Source of the DNA: a virus
Length of the DNA stretch: 64,000 nucleotides
IMG/VR virus record: IMGVR_UViG_3300037258_000301
Span: 87,625-151,624 of that record
Strand: one strand, 5' to 3'
Part shown: piece after piece, positions 59,793-64,000 of the stretch
How the letters are laid out: each line of letters starts with the position of its first letter
Position numbering within the stretch: the first letter of the stretch is position 1
Made by a program: the position numbers and the translations under genes
Notes under the pieces: generated by a model
What the model was told of the DNA's origin: nothing
Seen by the model: only the letters and a program-made list of their open reading frames with translations
Database searches by the model: none

Positions 59793-59849
59793 AGCCCGAA
59801 CCCCTTGGTCGACCAAGGGGTTCGGGCTAGTCTTCTTCTTGTCACCAGC
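59793..59849 (+). promoter_or_regulatory. Promoter element copy embedded in a perfect 36-bp palindrome
   Basis: agcccgaaccccttggtc|gaccaaggggttcgggct (59793-59828); -35 at 59805, -10 TAGTCT at 59828, GTCACCA at 59841. Confidence 0.85.
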
Positions 59850-59876
59850 TCTTCCCTCCCCCCTCAGGAGATCACC

Positions 59877-60278
59877 ATGATCGGCACCTCCCTCGCGGCG
59901 ATCAGCGGAGTCACCTACGACCACGGTCAGCCCCGGCCCGTCGCCGGCTTCCCGATTCGTCGCGGTGCCACCACCAGCACGGTCGTGTTCGTCGACCTCC
60001 TGGCCACCGACGGCACTATCGTCTACGGCGCGCAGGTTGACCCGTCCGAACTGAACGGCATCCAGGTCGTCCCGCTTCGCAGCAGCGCCACCGACGCACT
60101 TCTCTGGAAGGTTGCGATCGAGAACATCGGTGGCTGGGGGAACCGCAGCCTGGCCGAGCTGGCATACCGCGAGGCCGGCAAGTTGGTCCAACGGGAGATC
60201 GCCGAGCAGGTGGTCCGTTCCCGCCGTGCCCCGTCTACCAGCCTGATCGCCGAGGCAGCCCTGCGGAGCGATTCCTGA
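59877..60278 (+). CDS. Hypothetical protein
   Basis: AGGAG RBS downstream of promoter copy. Confidence 0.6.
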   Translation: MIGTSLAAISGVTYDHGQPRPVAGFPIRRGATTSTVVFVDLLATDGTIVYGAQVDPSELNGIQVVPLRSSATDALLWKVAIENIGGWGNRSLAELAYREAGKLVQREIAEQVVRSRRAPSTSLIAEAALRSDS

Positions 60279-60292
60279 GCTGCTCTCTGATT

Positions 60293-60835
60293 GTGGGGAC
60301 GGGGTCGAGCCAAGTGCTCGACCCCGTCCCGCTGTCTGTTCCGGCTGACAAGTGGGATGCTGCCCCCATGACTGATCCCGATCCAGATTCCGCCGCTCTG
60401 GCCGAGTCGGACATCGTCCTGACCGAAGACGGCGAAGAGGCACTGTCCGCTCGTGCCGCGCTCGACCTGGTCAAGTCCTTGGTTGAGCTGCTCCCGCTGG
60501 AGCGACAGGTCATCACCCTGACCCCGGTGCCGCCCATCCCCGACCCGGGCACCGGCTCGAACTATCGGGCCAGCCGACGACTGCTCATCCACCCCGATGA
60601 GAAGCCTCACGTGTTCAAGAGCCCCAAGGGCAAGTGGACCGTCGACTATCAAGCCAGGACCGACGCGCCTGTACCGCTCGCGGAGGGCGTCACGCTCACC
60701 TACATCAACAGCAAGCGGCACGGTCGGTCTCTCGTGCCTTACGACACCTGGGACTTGGCCTTGGGCGCCGCGAACAAGGATGTGGAAAGCCGCTTATGTG
60801 ACTGGGTGGCCGTCAACGACGGGTTGATGGACTGA
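60293..60835 (+). CDS. Hypothetical protein
   Basis: ORF; start uncertain. Confidence 0.5.
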   Translation: MGTGSSQVLDPVPLSVPADKWDAAPMTDPDPDSAALAESDIVLTEDGEEALSARAALDLVKSLVELLPLERQVITLTPVPPIPDPGTGSNYRASRRLLIHPDEKPHVFKSPKGKWTVDYQARTDAPVPLAEGVTLTYINSKRHGRSLVPYDTWDLALGAANKDVESRLCDWVAVNDGLMD

Positions 60836-60847
60836 CTGCTCCGGGGG

Positions 60848-60892
60848 CTTGGTGAAGACGGGGTTCTGGGGGACACTGAGTGCGTCACCAAC
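60848..60892 (+). promoter_or_regulatory. Phage promoter element copy (TTGGTG-17-GACACT, +1 GTCACCA)
   Basis: -35 at 60849, -10 at 60872, GTCACCA at 60884. Confidence 0.7.
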
Positions 60893-60917
60893 ACCGCATC
60901 GAGCACCTGGAGCACCG

Positions 60918-61271
60918 ATGTATTCCGACCAGTTCGAGGGTGTGCACGAGCACACCAGCATCGCCTATGACGTGACATTCCCCGCTACCCCCGGACCCGG
61001 TGGCGAGTGGGTCGCACACTGGAAGACCTACCGCGCGCAGGCTGAGGATGCTCCCGAGACCTCGGTGGTCTACGACACCGCGATGTACAACACCTACACC
61101 TTCGTCACCCCGCAGGAGCGGCAGCGCTGGTGGCAGGTGGTGCGCAAGAACATCATCTGGTCTCGCGTGCCCCAGCCCGTGTCGGCCCGACACGGCTATC
61201 ACGTCAAGGTGGCCAAGAGTTGGCTCGACTTGGCCGAGGTGACCACCTTCCCGGAAGGTAGTGCGGCATGA
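60918..61271 (+). CDS. Hypothetical protein
   Basis: GGAG RBS downstream of promoter copy. Confidence 0.6.
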   Translation: MYSDQFEGVHEHTSIAYDVTFPATPGPGGEWVAHWKTYRAQAEDAPETSVVYDTAMYNTYTFVTPQERQRWWQVVRKNIIWSRVPQPVSARHGYHVKVAKSWLDLAEVTTFPEGSAA

Positions 61272-61840
61272 TCGCAGGATTGAACACCCCCCTTGACTGG
61301 CTGGGGGCTTACAACATCACCGTCGTGTTGGCGCTTCCCGTGATGGTGTTCGTCATGCCTTCGAACCCCAAAGCATTGGCGTGGTTTCTCACCGCCTACT
61401 TCTGGCCGATGGTCCTGTTGTGGAGTGCGCTTCGTGTGCCGATCAGGGCCATTCGGCTGCGGAGGAAGTTCGTCCCCCGCCGGCAGGGAGTCAGTCATCT
61501 CGCTCGGCAACACCACGAGGACGACAGAGAAGGGATCGAGCGGCAGGAGTCGATCCGGTTCTGGCGGCTGTTGGTCATGACGGGCACGATCGTCGAGCAG
61601 AACCTGGCCAAGGACATGCTCACCCAGTTCTTCGAAGTGCCGATCGAGACGACGGCGTCACATGCCAGACCCCTCGATCGTGTAGACGCGGGTCGGTACC
61701 TACGCCTTTGTCCAGCTTGTAACGGTAGTGGCTCGTACGGAAGACGTCTCGGTCCACTTCTGTGCCCGGCCTGCAACGGTAGTGGTTCGTACGGGCTCGT
61801 ACTGGAGTCCACCGTGCGGGAGGCCCGGGCCCCTTGGTGA
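61268..61840 (+). CDS. Membrane protein with DnaJ-type CxxCxGxG zinc finger
   Basis: Two TM helices; 'LCPACNGSGSYG' twice. Confidence 0.65.
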   Translation: MIAGLNTPLDWLGAYNITVVLALPVMVFVMPSNPKALAWFLTAYFWPMVLLWSALRVPIRAIRLRRKFVPRRQGVSHLARQHHEDDREGIERQESIRFWRLLVMTGTIVEQNLAKDMLTQFFEVPIETTASHARPLDRVDAGRYLRLCPACNGSGSYGRRLGPLLCPACNGSGSYGLVLESTVREARAPW

Positions 61841-61877
61841 TGTCAGGGGCCCGCGATAGTCTCGTGGAGTCACCAAC
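61833..61877 (+). promoter_or_regulatory. Phage promoter element copy (TTGGTG-17-TAGTCT, +1 GTCACCA)
   Basis: -35 at 61834, -10 at 61857, GTCACCA at 61869; -35 lies inside the IR cgggcccct/aggggcccg. Confidence 0.85.
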
Positions 61878-61899
61878 GTCCCACCTTCTCAAGGAGATC

Positions 61900-63425
61900 A
61901 TGATGAGCGCTCCCGATCATCCGATGAGCAGCAGCTACGTCACCACCGGTGCCGGCCCCGAGGACATCGCCTGGGAAGAGACCGAAGAGGCGGCTGAATG
62001 TCGCACCGCCATGGCCGTAGGGAATGACCTCATGGCGCGCATGGCCCGGCAGGCACGCTCTCCGGGTGTCGCTCGGATGCTGGCCGACGGCATTTTCGTG
62101 GGTGAGCACCGGGCTTACCTCATCGCGGCCGACCCGTCCCTGCCTGACTCGGATGCCCTGCCCTCCGCAGCCATGCTCAACGGCGCCGTCGCCGACACCA
62201 GCCAGCCCTATCCCTGGGATGCGATCAAGGCCGAGAACGAGGCCCGGGCGGCTTTCCTGGTCGATCGCATCACCGACCTGATCGGAGAATGACGGTGACC
62301 CACTGGCACGTCCAGCGCCATGCCGAGGACGACGACGTCTTCGTGACTGAGGACTTCGTGGAGATCTTCCAGTACGCGGCCGAAGCGCTGGCCCTGCGGG
62401 CCGAGCATGAGTATGAGGGGGTCTCTGCTCACGGTGAGGCGGGCGCCTTCGAGCAGGCGTACCACGACTACCAGGCAGGTGAGCGTTACGCCCTCCTGTC
62501 CGACAATGCGGGGAATATTTACCGGCAGGGCGCCTCGCCGATCTTTGGACGTGCTCCGCTTTACCGAAATGAGAAACAGCAGGGGCCGCTCTGGCGTCAG
62601 GCCGCCGACGACTGCCTCAACGAGATCATCGAGCAGGGCCCGAAGGGCTTCGACATCTGGGACTGCGACGACCGTGATTGTGGAGGTGCGACGTCATGAG
62701 CGGACAGATTCAGATCGGAAACCTGCCCCCGGTGGGCATCATGGTGTCTATCGCGAACGGAAAGGTCGTCGCACAGGTCGGCCTGCACGATCTGGCCCTG
62801 TCCCTGCGGGACCTCGCGGCCGACTGTGACCGGCAGGAGGACGGCGGTGGTTTTACGGCCGAAGCGCTGGCCCTGCGGTCCGTGGCCGACGTCCTGGAGG
62901 ATTGGCGACGGGTTGCCATCGGCGAGTGGATGGACAGGAACAAATCGTGATGCTTCCACTCGACTTTCCGAGCAATTGCCCAGGAGGCACTGCATGACCA
63001 AGCGCAAGCAGTCCGTCATGATCGCCGAATGCGATGGGTGCGGCAAGCGCTCCTACTTCGAGACGGCCGAGGACGAGCCGAGCGGCTACTACGGCAGCGC
63101 GCGGGCGGTCTATGAGAATGGCGGAAGTGGCACGCACACGTTCTATGCCTGCGCGTCGGCCTGTATCGAAGCGGCGATCGAGCACGTCACCAAGGTCATC
63201 GCCAGTGACTGAGAAGGGTAGTGAAGGATGACCACGGAGGCTGACCGAGCGTGTCCGCACGGCTTCGTCGAACGAACCAAATCGGGCCCCAGGGGCACAT
63301 GGCAATACAAGTGCCCGTGCTGCCACAACCGTGTGGATCGCCTGACCAGAAAGTCATTGGCGCCGAAATGTCCGAACGGATGCGGAAGAACAGAACTGGT
63401 GCCGCCGCCAGAGATGCGCTGGTGA
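61900..63425 (+). other. Small hypothetical ORFs (61900-62292, 62289-62699, 62696-62950, 62994-63212, 63228-63425)
   Basis: Coupled ORFs with RBSs; the last two are Cys-rich. Confidence 0.6.
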
Positions 63426-63432
63426 CCGCCAG

Positions 63433-64000
63433 ATGACCCTCGACCTTCACGCCTACTCGAACCTGCACTACGTCGGGCGGCACACCACCACGTTCTGTCG
63501 TGACGAGGACGCGGGTGGTGACCTCGTGCACCTCTTCGCGTTCACCAGTACGTCATCCCCGGACTCCGCCGACGGGCTGCCCGTGGAGAAGGGGGAACTG
63601 GACACGATCAACGGCCCTCACCCCTACCTGATCGCGGGCTGTTACGAGCGCACCAAGCCGCAATTCAGTACGGAATTCACCTACAGCGGCTACAGCTTGT
63701 GGCGCCACGACTTGGCTGATGTGTTCAACCCCTACCCGCCAGTGGAGGGCGAGAACATGATCGGGCGCGGTGACCCGGACAAGCCCTTCTTCGAGCTGCT
63801 CTGGTTCGCCGACAACGAGGGCTGTATCGGGCCTGTGGCGGCCGGAAGACTCGCCGAGGACTTCCGGGCCCACCGAGAGGAATACGTCGCCACCCAGGCG
63901 GCTAGGCCAGCGTCTGAGTGGCGAGCCGCGTGCGTGTCCTACTACGACGATTACACCCGACTCTGTGAGATCGCCACCGACGGTGGACTGATCGACTTCT
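63433..64000 (+). CDS. Phage hypothetical protein, truncated by the window end
   Basis: Open frame from ATG 63433 read manually; contains 'PFFELLWFADNEGCIGP..AGRLAEDF'; absent from the ORF track because there is no stop in the window. Confidence 0.6.
   Translation, partial: MTLDLHAYSNLHYVGRHTTTFCRDEDAGGDLVHLFAFTSTSSPDSADGLPVEKGELDTINGPHPYLIAGCYERTKPQFSTEFTYSGYSLWRHDLADVFNPYPPVEGENMIGRGDPDKPFFELLWFADNEGCIGPVAAGRLAEDFRAHREEYVATQAARPASEWRAACVSYYDDYTRLCEIATDGGLIDF

Noticed and set aside
13745-61877. Repeated element as CRISPR repeats or integron attC sites
   Set aside because: Copies are dispersed and degenerate with fixed -35/17/-10 geometry, and no integrase or Cas genes are visible, so promoter is the simpler reading
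1-64000. Prophage within a bacterial chromosome, or an alternative genetic code
   Set aside because: No host housekeeping context, integrase or att site; long genes read through in the standard code and all three stop codons end genes

Overview
A 64-kb segment of a large, high-GC, apparently lytic actinobacterial phage genome. Gene content and order resemble what I recall of the Bxz1 (mycobacteriophage cluster C)/Rhodococcus E3-like myoviruses; this was not verified by search. From left to right: baseplate and large minor-tail genes; an SNF2-type helicase carrying an HNH-containing intein; a minus-strand block of small ORFs and a glycosyltransferase; DinG helicase; holin; a near-complete replisome/recombination block (5'-3' exonuclease, DnaC-like loader, DnaB, primase, J-like/SSB, DnaE, RecA, resolvase, Cas4/RecB-like nuclease, RuvC); a sigma-like HTH; terminase; a ParB-ParB-nucleotidyltransferase fusion; fibre genes; a secreted host-like protein; Lsr2; and about 17 kb of small genes, presumably early. 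No integrase, capsid, portal, endolysin, tRNA, rRNA or CRISPR array was seen. The strongest non-coding signals are (i) 12 copies of a promoter/operator element (CTTGGTS, 17-bp spacer with TCAGGG, TAnnnT-like -10, GTCAC(CA) at +1 in 10 copies) heading gene cassettes, and (ii) a compact DnaA-box cluster directly upstream of an Lsr2 whose AT-hook is altered (RGR to QGP). Several gene starts were moved from the ORF track using RBS, overlap and promoter evidence.
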